Origin: an uncultured Actinomycetota bacterium
GTDB lineage: Bacteria; Actinomycetota; UBA4738; HRBIN12
DNA: 64,000 nt
NCBI GenBank assembly: GCA_963702405.1
Contig: CAVPCM010000008.1
Location: 218,171-282,170, forward strand
Direction of reading: 5' to 3'
Every line of letters starts with the position of its first letter. The stretch's first letter is position 1. Made by a program: the position numbers and the translations under genes. The notes below the pieces were generated by a model. That model had not been told where the DNA came from, searched no databases, and saw nothing but the letters and a program-made list of their open reading frames with translations. This document shows, one piece after another, positions 39,158-49,208 of this stretch.

Positions 39158-40483
39158 GTGAGCGACGACCGCGGGCTCCCGGGCGACCAGGACGACGGGC
39201 TTCCGCCTCCGGTGCCGCCGGAGGCCCGGCACCCCGGCGTCGTGGGGAGGCTCCGGCGGCACCGGATCGACCTCACGCCGCTCAAGGTCTCCGCCGACTT
39301 CCGCCGACTCTTCGTCGGGCAAGCGATCTCGGAGTTCGGGACGCAGATCACGTTCGTCGCGGTCCCGTTCCAGGTCTACGACATCACGCGGTCGACCGCG
39401 ATGGTCGGCCTCCTCGCCCTCACCGAGGTGCTCCCGCTGGTCGTCCTTCCGGTCGTGGGCGGCGCGATCGCCGACGCGGTCGAGCGCCGGCGATTCCTCA
39501 TGGTCGCGCAGGGGGCGGTCGCCGTCCTCTCGGTCGCGCTCGCCGTGAACGCTTTCCGGCCGGACCCGCAGGTGTGGGTCCTGTTCGCGTTCTCGTTCGT
39601 GTGGGCCTCGGCGTACTCGCTCTACTCGCCGGCGTTCCGCGCATGGCCCGCCAGGTTGCTCACGCCCGATCTCTTCACATCCGCGCTCGCCCTCGAGGTC
39701 GTGTATTACCAGTCGGCCGCGATCGCCGGCCCGATCCTCACCGGCCTGTTGATCCACGCGTACGGGGTGGGATGGGCGTACCTCCTGGACGCCGCGAGCA
39801 CCCTCGGCGTGATCCTCGCGCTGTCGGGGATGCGTCCGTCTCCTCCGACGGCGGAACGGCTCAAGGTCGGGTGGTCTGCGATCCGTGAGGGCCTTCGGTT
39901 CCTCCGGCGGAAGCAGGTCCTCCAGGGCACGTTCTACGTGGACCTGGTCGCGATGATCTTCGGGATCCCGGTCGCGCTTTACCCGGCGTTCGTGCTCGAC
40001 GTGCTCGGCAGATCGGTGGCGGTCCTGGGCTTCCTCTACGCGGCGGAGGCGGCCGGGGCCCTCCTCGTCGCGCTGTTCAGCGGCCGCGCGAAGCACGTTC
40101 GGCGACAGGGGCTCGTCACGATCGTCGCCTGTATGTGCTGGGGCGCCGGCATCATCGGCTTCGGGCTCTCGCCCAACCTCTGGGTCGCGATCGTCTTCCT
40201 GATGCTGGCGAGCGCCTCGGACATGGTGAGCGGGCTCTACCGGGACGCGATCTTGAAGACAGTGACGCCCGACGCGATGCGGGGCCGCATGGAGGGGGTC
40301 AGTCTCGCCGTCGTCGGGACGGGGCCGTCCCTGGGCAACGCCGAGGCGGGCCTGCTCGCCTCGCTCACGACCGTCCGGTTCTCGATCGTCTCGGGCGGGA
40401 TCGCGTGCATCCTCGGCGCCGGCGTGCTCGCGCTCGTCCTCCCCAAGTATCGGCGCTACGACGCATCGGCGCCGGCTGCCTAG
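39158..40483 (+). CDS. MFS transporter
   Basis: About 12 predicted TM helices. N-terminal FRRLFVGQAISEFGTQITFVAVPFQVY is typical of an EntS-like MFS subfamily. GTG start 12 nt after the Fpg stop. Confidence 0.8.
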   Translation: MSDDRGLPGDQDDGLPPPVPPEARHPGVVGRLRRHRIDLTPLKVSADFRRLFVGQAISEFGTQITFVAVPFQVYDITRSTAMVGLLALTEVLPLVVLPVVGGAIADAVERRRFLMVAQGAVAVLSVALAVNAFRPDPQVWVLFAFSFVWASAYSLYSPAFRAWPARLLTPDLFTSALALEVVYYQSAAIAGPILTGLLIHAYGVGWAYLLDAASTLGVILALSGMRPSPPTAERLKVGWSAIREGLRFLRRKQVLQGTFYVDLVAMIFGIPVALYPAFVLDVLGRSVAVLGFLYAAEAAGALLVALFSGRAKHVRRQGLVTIVACMCWGAGIIGFGLSPNLWVAIVFLMLASASDMVSGLYRDAILKTVTPDAMRGRMEGVSLAVVGTGPSLGNAEAGLLASLTTVRFSIVSGGIACILGAGVLALVLPKYRRYDASAPAA

Positions 40484-41559
40484 CGGATCCGTCCGAAGAC
40501 GGGCGGGCGCATCGGCACCATGCCCCGGTCGGAGGACCACAGCGCCATCGGCGCTTCCGTGAGGGCCGCGAGGGAGATCAGGACCCGGTCGTAGTTCACC
40601 CGCCAGCCGGCGAAGTCGCGCCACGCCTGGTCTCGATCGGGTTTCAACGGAACCCCAGCCTCTTCGAGTTCCGCGATCACGTCGTCCCACTCATCACGGC
40701 CGATCGAGATCGGGTCGTCGGGACGCGGGTTCGGATCGTGAACGATCTGGAAGTAATCCGCGATCGCGCGGAGGCACAGATACCCGGATCGAATGCAGAA
40801 CTCGGCCTTGACGTCGCGGGGAACGTCGACCGAGGACAGGGTGAGCGCCGCCCCGTCGAGCACCGCGCCGGCAGCGGTGATCCACGAGTGGTCCGGATGC
40901 GACGACCGGAAGAACGCCAGCGTGGGATGCGACGTGTGGGACTCTTCCACGTCGACGAACCATCGCTCCCACTCTGCCCAGACTTCGTGGATCTCCGGGA
41001 GCCGCCCAAGTTGCCAATACCGCCAGATCATCTCGCGGGCCGACGGCGGCGAGCCGGCGCGGACCTCGAGGGCCGTGATCCCCACCTCGCGGCGGGAGAA
41101 CGCCGCGTAGATCGTCGGGAGATATGTGATGAGCAATGCGAGCAGGAAAAGGCCGATCGCGGCCTCCACGAAGATCAGCGCAGTGCTCCCCAGTCCTTCC
41201 GGGCGCGTGAAGCCCAGGGTGAACAGGGACGATCCGGAGAGGTCGAAGGAGGCGCGCCACCCCTCGTGGTCGGTTCCCCAGAAGATCAAGGTGAATCCGG
41301 CGAGGACGAGCGTGAGCCACGTGGCGAGTGTCGCGATCAGGCCGAGTGGCGCGTAGGCCCCCAGGATCCTGTCCCTCCGCTCGAACCGCATCGACGGCCG
41401 CGCGATGACGCGGAACAGTCCGCGGAGGAGCACGAAGACGGAGCGTGTGATCCTCGATGCGGAGGCCCGCGGGAGCACCACGGTCTTGACCGCCGAGCCG
41501 ATCGCCGCCGCAACGGTCGCGACGCCGGCCACAACGACGAAGATCCGCAGCGCCAGCAC
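40480..41559 (-). CDS. Membrane protein with channel-like pore-loop region and a large cytoplasmic domain
   Basis: Three N-terminal TM segments. TM2 and TM3 flank SGSSLFTLGFTRPEG, which is reminiscent of, but does not match, the T-x-G-[YF]-G K+ filter. The C-terminal 200 aa are soluble. No family recognised. Confidence 0.55.
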   Translation of the reverse strand: MLALRIFVVVAGVATVAAAIGSAVKTVVLPRASASRITRSVFVLLRGLFRVIARPSMRFERRDRILGAYAPLGLIATLATWLTLVLAGFTLIFWGTDHEGWRASFDLSGSSLFTLGFTRPEGLGSTALIFVEAAIGLFLLALLITYLPTIYAAFSRREVGITALEVRAGSPPSAREMIWRYWQLGRLPEIHEVWAEWERWFVDVEESHTSHPTLAFFRSSHPDHSWITAAGAVLDGAALTLSSVDVPRDVKAEFCIRSGYLCLRAIADYFQIVHDPNPRPDDPISIGRDEWDDVIAELEEAGVPLKPDRDQAWRDFAGWRVNYDRVLISLAALTEAPMALWSSDRGMVPMRPPVFGRIR

Positions 41560-41582
41560 GCGTCGGATGGTAGGCGGTTCCG

Positions 41583-43175
41583 CTACTCCGCTGACGCGGT
41601 GATCGCTTCCCTCGCTGCGGCCTCAGCGTGGATCTCGTCCGCGTGCGCCCGGCCGGGGATGAAGCGGTTCGCGACGACCGCGGCGGTCAACAGGACCAAC
41701 GCCGCGATCAGCAACGCGAGGTGGAATCCGCTCATGTACGACTCCTGGAATGCCGTGGTGAACCCACCGATCTGCTCGGGGGTGAGTCCGAGTCCGGCGA
41801 GCTCAGCGGGGGAGACGAAGCCGTGGGAGGCGGCTTGCGAGATCGCGCTCGCCTGACCGGCCGTGAGTCCGAGCTCTGCGAGCTTCGGGAGTAGCGTGGA
41901 ACCGAGCCGGTCGAACAGCACCGTGCCCAAGAGCGCGATGCCAACGACGCCACCCACCTCGCGGCTCGTGTTCGTCATCGCCGAGCCGAGGCCGGCCCGC
42001 TGCGGACCGACGGACCCCATCACGGCGGCCGTCATCGGGGCCATCGTCGCGCCGAGGCCGTGTCCCATCATCACGAACAGGATCGCGATCATCCAGAACG
42101 GGGTGGTGGGCGTGATCAACGTCAGGCCGAGGAGACCGGCCGACGCCATCGTGAGCCCGTAGGTCATCGGGATCCTGGGGCCGATCCGCTGCGCGACGTG
42201 GCCAGCGATCGGCGCGGTCACGATGATCATCACGGTCATCGGGAGGAACCGCACGCCCGTCTGGAGCGGCGTGTAGCCGCGGACCGCCTGCATGTAGAGC
42301 GTGACGAACAGGAAGATCGAGAACATCCCGAGCGAGATCGAGAAGGCCACCGTGTTGCCGGCGCTGAACGTGGGGATCCGGAAGAACGCGAGGGGCATCA
42401 TCGCCTTAGGGCTCCGGTGCTCCCACACGAGGAACGCCACGAGGAGGATGCCCGCGAGCACGAGGGAGCCGACGATCAACGGGTCGCTCCACCCGCGCTG
42501 GTTCGCCTCGATCAGGCCGAACGTGAGAGCGAAGAGTCCTCCGGTGCCGAGCGCCAGACCGGGCAGGTCGAGGTGCCTGGTTTCCTCCGAGACCGACTCA
42601 CGCACGGTGCGTGAGGCGATCGCGAACGCGAGGATGCCGATCGGGACGTTGATGAAGAACACCGTCTCCCATCCGGCGTTCTCGACGATCCATCCGCCGA
42701 GCGTCGGGCCAAGCGCCAGGGCGAGACCACTCACGCCTGCCCAGAGGCCGATCGCCCGCGAACGCTCCTCCGGCGGGAACGTGACCGTCAGGATCGAGAG
42801 CGTGCCGGGCATCAGGAGGGCCGCGCCGACCCCTTGCAGGGCCCGGAACGCGATCAGCTGGCCGCCCGATCCCGAGAGGCCGCACCCGAGCGAGGCGAGC
42901 GTGAAGATCGCGAGGCCGGTGAGGAACATCCGCTTGCGGCCGTAGCGGTCTCCTAGGATCCCGCCCGTGAGGAGCAAGGACGCGAACGCGAGCACGTAGC
43001 CGTCGATGATCCATTGCAGGTCGGAGACCGTCGCCCCGAGCTCTCGCTGGATCGTCGGGAGGGCGATGTTGACGACGGTGTTGTCGAGCATCGCCATCGC
43101 GAGCGCGAAGCACATCGTGAGCAGGACGGCGACCTTCTCGCGAGCGTTGTCACCCTTGAATCCCAGCAGCGGCAT
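41583..43175 (-). CDS. MFS transporter, DHA2 (EmrB/QacA, 14-TMS) drug:H+ antiporter family
   Basis: LDNTVVNIALPTIQRELGATVSDLQWIIDGYVLAFASLLLTGGILGDRYGRKRMF is the classic DHA2 N-terminal signature. 530 aa. Confidence 0.85.
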   Translation of the reverse strand: MPLLGFKGDNAREKVAVLLTMCFALAMAMLDNTVVNIALPTIQRELGATVSDLQWIIDGYVLAFASLLLTGGILGDRYGRKRMFLTGLAIFTLASLGCGLSGSGGQLIAFRALQGVGAALLMPGTLSILTVTFPPEERSRAIGLWAGVSGLALALGPTLGGWIVENAGWETVFFINVPIGILAFAIASRTVRESVSEETRHLDLPGLALGTGGLFALTFGLIEANQRGWSDPLIVGSLVLAGILLVAFLVWEHRSPKAMMPLAFFRIPTFSAGNTVAFSISLGMFSIFLFVTLYMQAVRGYTPLQTGVRFLPMTVMIIVTAPIAGHVAQRIGPRIPMTYGLTMASAGLLGLTLITPTTPFWMIAILFVMMGHGLGATMAPMTAAVMGSVGPQRAGLGSAMTNTSREVGGVVGIALLGTVLFDRLGSTLLPKLAELGLTAGQASAISQAASHGFVSPAELAGLGLTPEQIGGFTTAFQESYMSGFHLALLIAALVLLTAAVVANRFIPGRAHADEIHAEAAAREAITASAE

Positions 43176-43232
43176 GCCCTCGGTCCTCTCTGGTCGACCC
43201 AGGTGGAACGTCAGATGGGCCGGGTCTGTTCC

Positions 43233-44057
43233 TTACGTGAGCCTCGAGTAGAGGCGGATCGAGAGCGGCATGAAGACGACGAGGAGTCCGATGATCCACG
43301 CGAGGGAGATCAGGATGAGCTCCTCGGTGGTGCCGCCACTCGTGGGGTACTGACCGACGGTGAACACCCGGGCCAGGTTCGCCCAGTGCGTGACGGGGTT
43401 GTTCCGCGCGATCGCCTGGACCCAGGCGTCCATGCCCTGCACCGGCACGAGTGCCGAGCTCATGAACACGATCGGGAAGATCCCGGTGAAGGCGGCGGCC
43501 TGCACGGCCTCGAGCTTCTTGACCCAGAGGGCGATCGCGGCCATCACCCAGGAGAAGGCGAAGCTGACGGCCATCACGAGCACGATCATCGCGAGGGCGT
43601 TGATCAACCCGTTCTGGAACGAGAAGCCCACGAGGTAGCCGATCCCGATCACTACCAAGAGGAGGAGGAAGTTCTTGACCAGGTCGGATGTCGCCCGCCC
43701 GGCGAGCATCGCCGAGCGCGCCATCGGGAGCGAGCGGAACCGATCCACCAGGCCGGACTTCAGATCCTCGGCGATCCCGATCGCCGTCGTGGTCGCTCCG
43801 AAGATCGCGTTCTGGATGATGATCCCGGGCATCAGATACATCGTGTACGACGAGAAGCCCTCCGGAACGATGATGTTGCCACCGAACACGTAGACGAACA
43901 GCAGGACGAACATCACCGGCTGCACCAGCTCGAAGACCAGGACCGCCGGGATCCGGACGATCTGCATCAGGTTCCGTCGGGCGACGACGAGGCTGTCGAA
44001 GAACGACAGCACCGCGCGTGACCTAGTGGGTCGGGCGGTCGTTGCGATCGCGCTCAT
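43233..44057 (-). CDS. ABC-2 type transporter permease (DrrB-like)
   Basis: Six predicted TM segments. ATGA-type overlap with the upstream ATPase gene. 274 aa. Confidence 0.85.
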   Translation of the reverse strand: MSAIATTARPTRSRAVLSFFDSLVVARRNLMQIVRIPAVLVFELVQPVMFVLLFVYVFGGNIIVPEGFSSYTMYLMPGIIIQNAIFGATTTAIGIAEDLKSGLVDRFRSLPMARSAMLAGRATSDLVKNFLLLLVVIGIGYLVGFSFQNGLINALAMIVLVMAVSFAFSWVMAAIALWVKKLEAVQAAAFTGIFPIVFMSSALVPVQGMDAWVQAIARNNPVTHWANLARVFTVGQYPTSGGTTEELILISLAWIIGLLVVFMPLSIRLYSRLT

Positions 44058-45064
44058 CGATCCCTCCTCTTCCCGCGCTTCTTCGGTTCGGGCTCGGACT
44101 CCTCTTCCTCCGCGAGGGCCGTCTCCGCCGCGTGTCCCGTCAGGGAGAGGAAGACGTCATCGAGCGTCGGCCGGTGCAGGGCGATGTCCTCGATCGCGAT
44201 GCCTGCATCGTCGAGCCGGCGTACCGTCTCGAGCAGCACCGTCGGCCCTTCGCTCCCGACCGGGACCCGGATCAGCCGCGTGCCCTCGTCGAGGGAGGGT
44301 TCCCCGGCGCCGAGTCCCCGGAGCGTGTCGGCCGCCCGGGAGAGGTGCTCCGCCGCAACGTGGAGTTCGAGAACCTCACCGCCGATCTTGTTCTTCAGGT
44401 CCTCCGACGTTCCCTCTGCGATCACGGTCCCGAGATCGATCACCGCGATGCGATCGCAGAGGTTGTCGGCCTCCTCCAGGTACTGGGTGCAGAGCAGCAG
44501 GGTGGTGCCCTGCTTCTGGAGGTCGCGGATCAGCTCCCAGAGGACCAGCCGGCTCCTCGGGTCCAGTCCGGTGGTCGGCTCGTCCATGAAGAGGACCTTG
44601 GGCCGGCCCACGAGGCTCGCGCCGACGTCGAGCCGGCGCCGCATCCCTCCCGAGTACGTCTTGGCGGTCCGATGCGCGGCCTCGGAGAGCTCGAACCGCT
44701 CGAGCACCTCCTCGGCGCGGCGCCGGGCTTCGGCCGCGGGGAGGTGGTAGAGCTGACCGACCATCTGCAGGTTCTCCAGGCCGGTGAGGTTCTCGTCGAC
44801 CGCCGCGAACTGCCCGGCGAGGCCGATCACGGGACGCAGCCGCACGGCGTCCCGCACGACGTCGAGCCCAGCCACGACGGCCGAGCCTTCGTCGGGCTCG
44901 AGGAGGGTCGTGAGGATCCGGATGGTGGTGGTCTTGCCGGCACCGTTCGGCCCGAGCAGCCCGAACACCGTGCCCTCCTCGACCGACAGATCCACCCCTT
45001 TGACGGCCCGAACGTCGCCGAAGGACTTGGTCAGGCTGTTGGTGGTGATGATCGCGTTCGCCAT
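44054..45064 (-). CDS. ABC transporter ATP-binding protein (DrrA-like)
   Basis: Walker A GPNGAGKTT, signature YSGGMRRRLDVGASL and Walker B LFMDEPTTGLD. Start taken as ATG 45064 (MANAIITTNSL); upstream ATGs at 45100 and 45133 are possible. Confidence 0.9.
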   Translation of the reverse strand: MANAIITTNSLTKSFGDVRAVKGVDLSVEEGTVFGLLGPNGAGKTTTIRILTTLLEPDEGSAVVAGLDVVRDAVRLRPVIGLAGQFAAVDENLTGLENLQMVGQLYHLPAAEARRRAEEVLERFELSEAAHRTAKTYSGGMRRRLDVGASLVGRPKVLFMDEPTTGLDPRSRLVLWELIRDLQKQGTTLLLCTQYLEEADNLCDRIAVIDLGTVIAEGTSEDLKNKIGGEVLELHVAAEHLSRAADTLRGLGAGEPSLDEGTRLIRVPVGSEGPTVLLETVRRLDDAGIAIEDIALHRPTLDDVFLSLTGHAAETALAEEEESEPEPKKRGKRRDR

Positions 45065-45215
45065 GGGCGCGAGGATATCGACGCTCGACGACACCGACAT
45101 GTCCGCTGGGTAACGGGCTGGTAGCCCGTGCAATCACGTAATCATCATTACCGAGCCGGAATAGGATGGGAGCGCGGGTCCGTTCAAGCGGACAGAGCGA
45201 GAAAGGATCACCGAG

Positions 45216-47588
45216 ATGAACGAGCTCGACATCCAGGCCCTGCCGTTGTTGCCCCTGACTACGGGCGTGGTGCTTCCCGGCATGGTCGTCACCCTCACGA
45301 TCGAATCCGACGAAGCCCGGGCGGCTCTCGGCGCGACCGCGGAGGGCGACGACGCCCTTCTCCTGACCGTCCCACGGATCGAGGGCCGGTACGCGCGGGT
45401 CGGCGTGGTGGCCAAGATCGAAGACGTCGGTCGCATGCGCAACGGCGTCGAGGCCGTGGTGATCCGCGGGCTCCGGCGCGCCACCGTCGGGCTCGGTGTC
45501 CCCGGGACGGGGGAGGCCACGTGGGTCCAGATCGAGCCGGCGGATGAGCCGGTGACCGATCGTGCTCGCGAGCTCGCGACGGAGTACCGCGGGGCCATCG
45601 AAGCCATCACGGACGCCCGAGGGGTCCCCGCCGTCGCCGAGTTCCTGCGTGGCGTGACCGATCCGGGACAGCTCGCGGACACCTCCGGGTACTCGCCCGA
45701 TCTCTCCTTCGAGCAGAAGGTGGAGGTCCTCGAGACCCTCGACGTCCAGGCGCGGCTGGAGAAGGTCCTTCGTTGGGCGAAGGAGACCCTGGCGGAGGTC
45801 CAGGTGAAGGAGCGGATCCGCGACGAGGTCGCCGGCAGCCTGGAGGAGCGGCAACGGGAGATGCTGCTCCGTGAGCAGATGGCGGCGATCCGGAAGGAGC
45901 TCGGCGAGGACGGCACCGAAGACGTCCTCGAGGAGTACCGGACCAAGATCGCCGACGCCGGGATGCCCGAGGACGTGCGCACGCAGGCGGACCGCGAGCT
46001 CGGCCGGCTCGAGCGGACGTCCGAGCAATCGCCCGAATACGGATGGATCCGCACCTACCTCGACTGGCTGCTCGACGTCCCCTGGTCCTCGAAGACCGAG
46101 GACAACCTGGACATCGGGTCGGCGCGCGAGGTGCTGGACGCGGACCACGAGGGGCTCCGTGACGTGAAGGACCGCATCCTCGAGTACCTCGCGGTCCGCA
46201 AGCTCCGAAGCGAGCGGGGGCTCGCCGAGACCGGCGGTCGCGGCTCCGGCGCGATCCTCACGCTGGTCGGCCCTCCCGGCGTCGGCAAGACGTCGCTCGG
46301 GGAGTCCGTCGCGCGCGCCCTCGGACGCAACTTCGTCCGGGTCTCGCTCGGCGGCGTCCACGACGAGTCCGAGATCCGTGGCCACCGTCGCACCTACGTG
46401 GGCGCCCTGCCGGGACGGATCGTGCGCGCGCTGAAGGACGCGGGCACGAAGAACCCAGTGATGATGTTGGACGAGGTCGACAAGGTCGGCGCCGACTGGC
46501 GAGGCGACCCCTCGAGCGCGCTGCTCGAGGTCCTCGATCCCGCGCAGAACCACACGTTCCGTGACCACTACCTGGACGTCGACCTCGATCTGTCCGAGGT
46601 GCTGTTCATCGCGACCGCGAACATCGCGGAGACGATCGCGGGCCCGCTGCTCGACCGGATGGAGGTCATCCGGATCGACGGGTACACCGAGGACGAGAAG
46701 GTCGCGATCGCGCGGCGGCACCTGCTGCCCCGGCAGGTCGAGCGCAACGGCCTGCGCCCCGAGGAGGTCGAGGTGACCGACGACGCTCTCCGAGGGGTTG
46801 TCGGCGACTACACGCGCGAGGCCGGTGTCCGCAACCTCGAGCGCGAGCTCGGCAAGATCATGCGGAAGGTCGCGACGAAGCTCACCGCCGGCGAGGGTGG
46901 GTCGTCGGCCCGCGTGGACGCGACCGATCTACGCGAGTACCTCGGCCGGCAGAAGTTCTTCTTCGAAGCGGCGGAGCGGACAGCTGTCCCCGGCGTGGCC
47001 ACGGGTTTGGCGGTCACCGGGACCGGTGGTGACGTGCTGTTCATCGAGGCAACCCGCGAGGACGTGCCAGAGACGGGGATGGCGGACGGGCTGACACTGA
47101 CCGGACAGCTGGGCGACGTGATGAAGGAGTCGGCGCGGATCGCGCTCTCGTACGTGCGCTCGCACGCCGAGGCGCTCGACATCCCTGCGGACCATCTGCG
47201 CGGTCGGTTCCACGTGCACGTCCCGGCGGGCGCCGTTCCCAAGGACGGTCCCAGCGCGGGGGTCGCGATGACGACGGCGTTGGCCTCGCTGCTCACGGGC
47301 CGGCCGGTTCGTGCAGAAGTGGGCATGACCGGCGAGGTGACGCTCCAAGGACGCGTGCTCCCGATCGGAGGGGTCAAGCAGAAGGTCCTCGCCGCGCATC
47401 GGGCCGGCCTGAAGGAGGTCATCCTTCCCGCGCGCAACGAGGGAGACCTCGACGACGTGCCAGAGCAGGTGCGCGAGGAGATGACGTTCGAACTCGCCGA
47501 CGACGTGGCCGAGGTCCTGGCGATCGCGCTCGGCGAACCCGCGAGGGCCTCACCGAGCCGGGTGCCGCCTAGCCCCCAGCGGCGGTAG
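45216..47588 (+). CDS. lon: ATP-dependent Lon protease (LonA)
   Basis: N-terminal LON domain, Walker [10 protein letters not shown], Walker B MMLDEVDK and the protease Ser-Lys dyad region [14 protein letters not shown]...[14 protein letters not shown]. Confidence 0.97.
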   Translation: MNELDIQALPLLPLTTGVVLPGMVVTLTIESDEARAALGATAEGDDALLLTVPRIEGRYARVGVVAKIEDVGRMRNGVEAVVIRGLRRATVGLGVPGTGEATWVQIEPADEPVTDRARELATEYRGAIEAITDARGVPAVAEFLRGVTDPGQLADTSGYSPDLSFEQKVEVLETLDVQARLEKVLRWAKETLAEVQVKERIRDEVAGSLEERQREMLLREQMAAIRKELGEDGTEDVLEEYRTKIADAGMPEDVRTQADRELGRLERTSEQSPEYGWIRTYLDWLLDVPWSSKTEDNLDIGSAREVLDADHEGLRDVKDRILEYLAVRKLRSERGLAETGGRGSGAILTLVGPPGVGKTSLGESVARALGRNFVRVSLGGVHDESEIRGHRRTYVGALPGRIVRALKDAGTKNPVMMLDEVDKVGADWRGDPSSALLEVLDPAQNHTFRDHYLDVDLDLSEVLFIATANIAETIAGPLLDRMEVIRIDGYTEDEKVAIARRHLLPRQVERNGLRPEEVEVTDDALRGVVGDYTREAGVRNLERELGKIMRKVATKLTAGEGGSSARVDATDLREYLGRQKFFFEAAERTAVPGVATGLAVTGTGGDVLFIEATREDVPETGMADGLTLTGQLGDVMKESARIALSYVRSHAEALDIPADHLRGRFHVHVPAGAVPKDGPSAGVAMTTALASLLTGRPVRAEVGMTGEVTLQGRVLPIGGVKQKVLAAHRAGLKEVILPARNEGDLDDVPEQVREEMTFELADDVAEVLAIALGEPARASPSRVPPSPQRR

Positions 47589-47794
47589 GGTCGAGGTCTG
47601 GTCGAGTTGCGGCCCGAGTGGGCCGGCGCGCGCCGCGGTTCGTCCGTAGGCGGTTGACGACGCGGACGCGCAAACGGTCCCGGAGGTCGGTGACACTTCT
47701 CCGAGACGGGAGATGGGTGAGGGCGACCCTCGCGATGATCGCTGGAAAGACTCGAGCTCCCCGCCCTCCGAGGCAGGGACGGACGACGGCGCCG

Positions 47795-49051
47795 ATGCGG
47801 GGCAGGACGAGGCTGCACGTCGTCGCTCTTCTCAGCTCGCTCCTCGCGTTCGCTGCGCCGTGGGGCGCGGTGGATGCGATCGCGTCGGTGCTCCCCAGTG
47901 AGGCGCCCAGCCCGTCACCGTCCGCAGAGCCCGGGCTCTCGGAAGAGCCGAGCCCCTCGCCCGAGCCGAGCCCCTCGCCCGAGCCGAGCCCCTCTCCGGA
48001 TCCGTCGCAGTCTCCCTCACCAAGCCCGTCCCTGACGCCGACCCCGAGCCCGACGCCGATCCCGAGCCCGACGGTGCGGGGCGTCAGGATCGTGCCGTCC
48101 TTCGGGCCGGCCTGGGTTGGCGGACACCCTGCTCCCGAGGGTGGAGCTCCGAATGCGTTCGATCAGCCGCCCGAAGAGGGCTCCCCGAACCAGGCCCCGA
48201 CGCGGGACCTCTCGACCGAGCAGTTGCTCAGTGGCACCTACTCGACCGAGCGCTTGGTCGCCGCGGCCGCGCTGTTGCGGGGTGCGGGCTGGTCCGAGGA
48301 GCGGATCCGCCGAGAGGTCTACGCACCGTTCATGGTGGTCGGCCCGGCCAGCTGGGTCGACAGTTGGCATGCTCGTCGGTACGGGCCGGGATCGATCGTC
48401 CGCCAGCACGAAGGACAGGACGTGCTCTGCGAGCACGGTTCCGAGGTGCTCGCACCCGAGGACGGCACGATCGAGTTCGACACGGGCCTGCTCGGTGGCC
48501 GGTCCGCCCACCTCTTCCTCCCGGACGGCGGCTACTACTACTTCGCGCACTTCGTGGATTGGAACGATCGGCGTTTCTCCGACGGCGACGACGTCCACCG
48601 CGGGGACGTCATCGGCTACTGCGGCGACACGGGGAACGCGACGGTCCCGCACGTCCACTTCGGTCGGTACGGGCCCGACGGGGCCGCGATCGATCCGATG
48701 CGGCTCCTGATCTCCTGGCTCCACGAAGCCGAGGCCGACCTCCCGGCATTGCTCTCGAGGGCGGCGGTCGGTACCGCGGGCGCGCTCGGTTCACGCGGGC
48801 CCACCCTGGACATCATCCGGTCGCTGCTGGAGGACCCGCTCCCGGAGGTCAGCCTGGCTGCTTGGCAGCCCGCCTCTTCGACCGATCCCGATGACACCCA
48901 CGATCTCACCCCGGTGCTCGTGTTCCTCATCCTGTTCGGGATCACCGGTCGACGGACCGTCGGCTCGAAGCGGAAGCGGAGCATGACCGGGGGCGGAAGC
49001 CCGCCGAGCGGGATGATGTGGGCACACCGAGGGGGACCGCTCCTCTCCTGA
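47795..49051 (+). CDS. M23 family metallopeptidase with Pro/Ser-rich linker and C-terminal TM anchor
   Basis: Signal peptide LHVVALLSSLLAFAAPWGAVDA. An (EPSPSP)n linker. M23 motifs HEGQDV and GDTGNATVPHVHFG. C-terminal hydrophobic LTPVLVFLILFGI followed by RRTVGSKRKR. Confidence 0.8.
   Translation: MRGRTRLHVVALLSSLLAFAAPWGAVDAIASVLPSEAPSPSPSAEPGLSEEPSPSPEPSPSPEPSPSPDPSQSPSPSPSLTPTPSPTPIPSPTVRGVRIVPSFGPAWVGGHPAPEGGAPNAFDQPPEEGSPNQAPTRDLSTEQLLSGTYSTERLVAAAALLRGAGWSEERIRREVYAPFMVVGPASWVDSWHARRYGPGSIVRQHEGQDVLCEHGSEVLAPEDGTIEFDTGLLGGRSAHLFLPDGGYYYFAHFVDWNDRRFSDGDDVHRGDVIGYCGDTGNATVPHVHFGRYGPDGAAIDPMRLLISWLHEAEADLPALLSRAAVGTAGALGSRGPTLDIIRSLLEDPLPEVSLAAWQPASSTDPDDTHDLTPVLVFLILFGITGRRTVGSKRKRSMTGGGSPPSGMMWAHRGGPLLS
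47945..47998. repeat. 18-bp tandem repeat x3 (encodes EPSPSP linker)
   Basis: GAGCCGAGCCCCTCGCCC occurs at 47945 and 47963, and a near-identical third unit at 47981. All are in frame within the M23 peptidase gene. Confidence 0.85.
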
Positions 49052-49208
49052 GTTCGGCCGGCATCACCACGCGGGACCGTGGCCGGACGGCGGCCCCGCT
49101 CGGGCGGGACGGACGTTCGTCTCGGTTCCGCGATGTTGCCGTTGAACCTGTCGGTTCCTTGCGCGGTCTCTGGTTCCGGCCGGTCGGCTCGCGTAGCGTC
49201 GCCGTTGG

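Noticed and set aside
44376-46721. 781-aa minus-strand ORF opposite lon and the DrrA-like gene. Similar long antisense ORFs occur elsewhere, e.g. 2669-4225, 8232-9398, 13421-14911, 35506-36753 and 39056-40690
   Set aside because: All lie antisense to, or out of frame with, genes carrying unambiguous conserved motifs. All have the Arg/Gly/Pro-biased composition of non-coding frames in GC-rich genomes.
47589-47794. Possible ydaO/c-di-AMP riboswitch in the leader of the M23 peptidase (and in the 3132-3220 leader of the L,D-transpeptidase). Such riboswitches often precede actinobacterial cell-wall hydrolases
   Set aside because: The conserved ydaO blocks (GGGGACCCA, GGGGUGAAUC, AGCUAACCUCGUAAGCG-like) are not present. 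The 3175-3205 hairpin upstream of the transpeptidase is a simple stem-loop.
47945-47998. Short direct repeats (here and at 18191-18282) as a possible CRISPR array or minisatellite
   Set aside because: The repeats are contiguous with no spacers. They are in frame and lie inside coding regions, where they encode peptide repeats. No cas genes are present.
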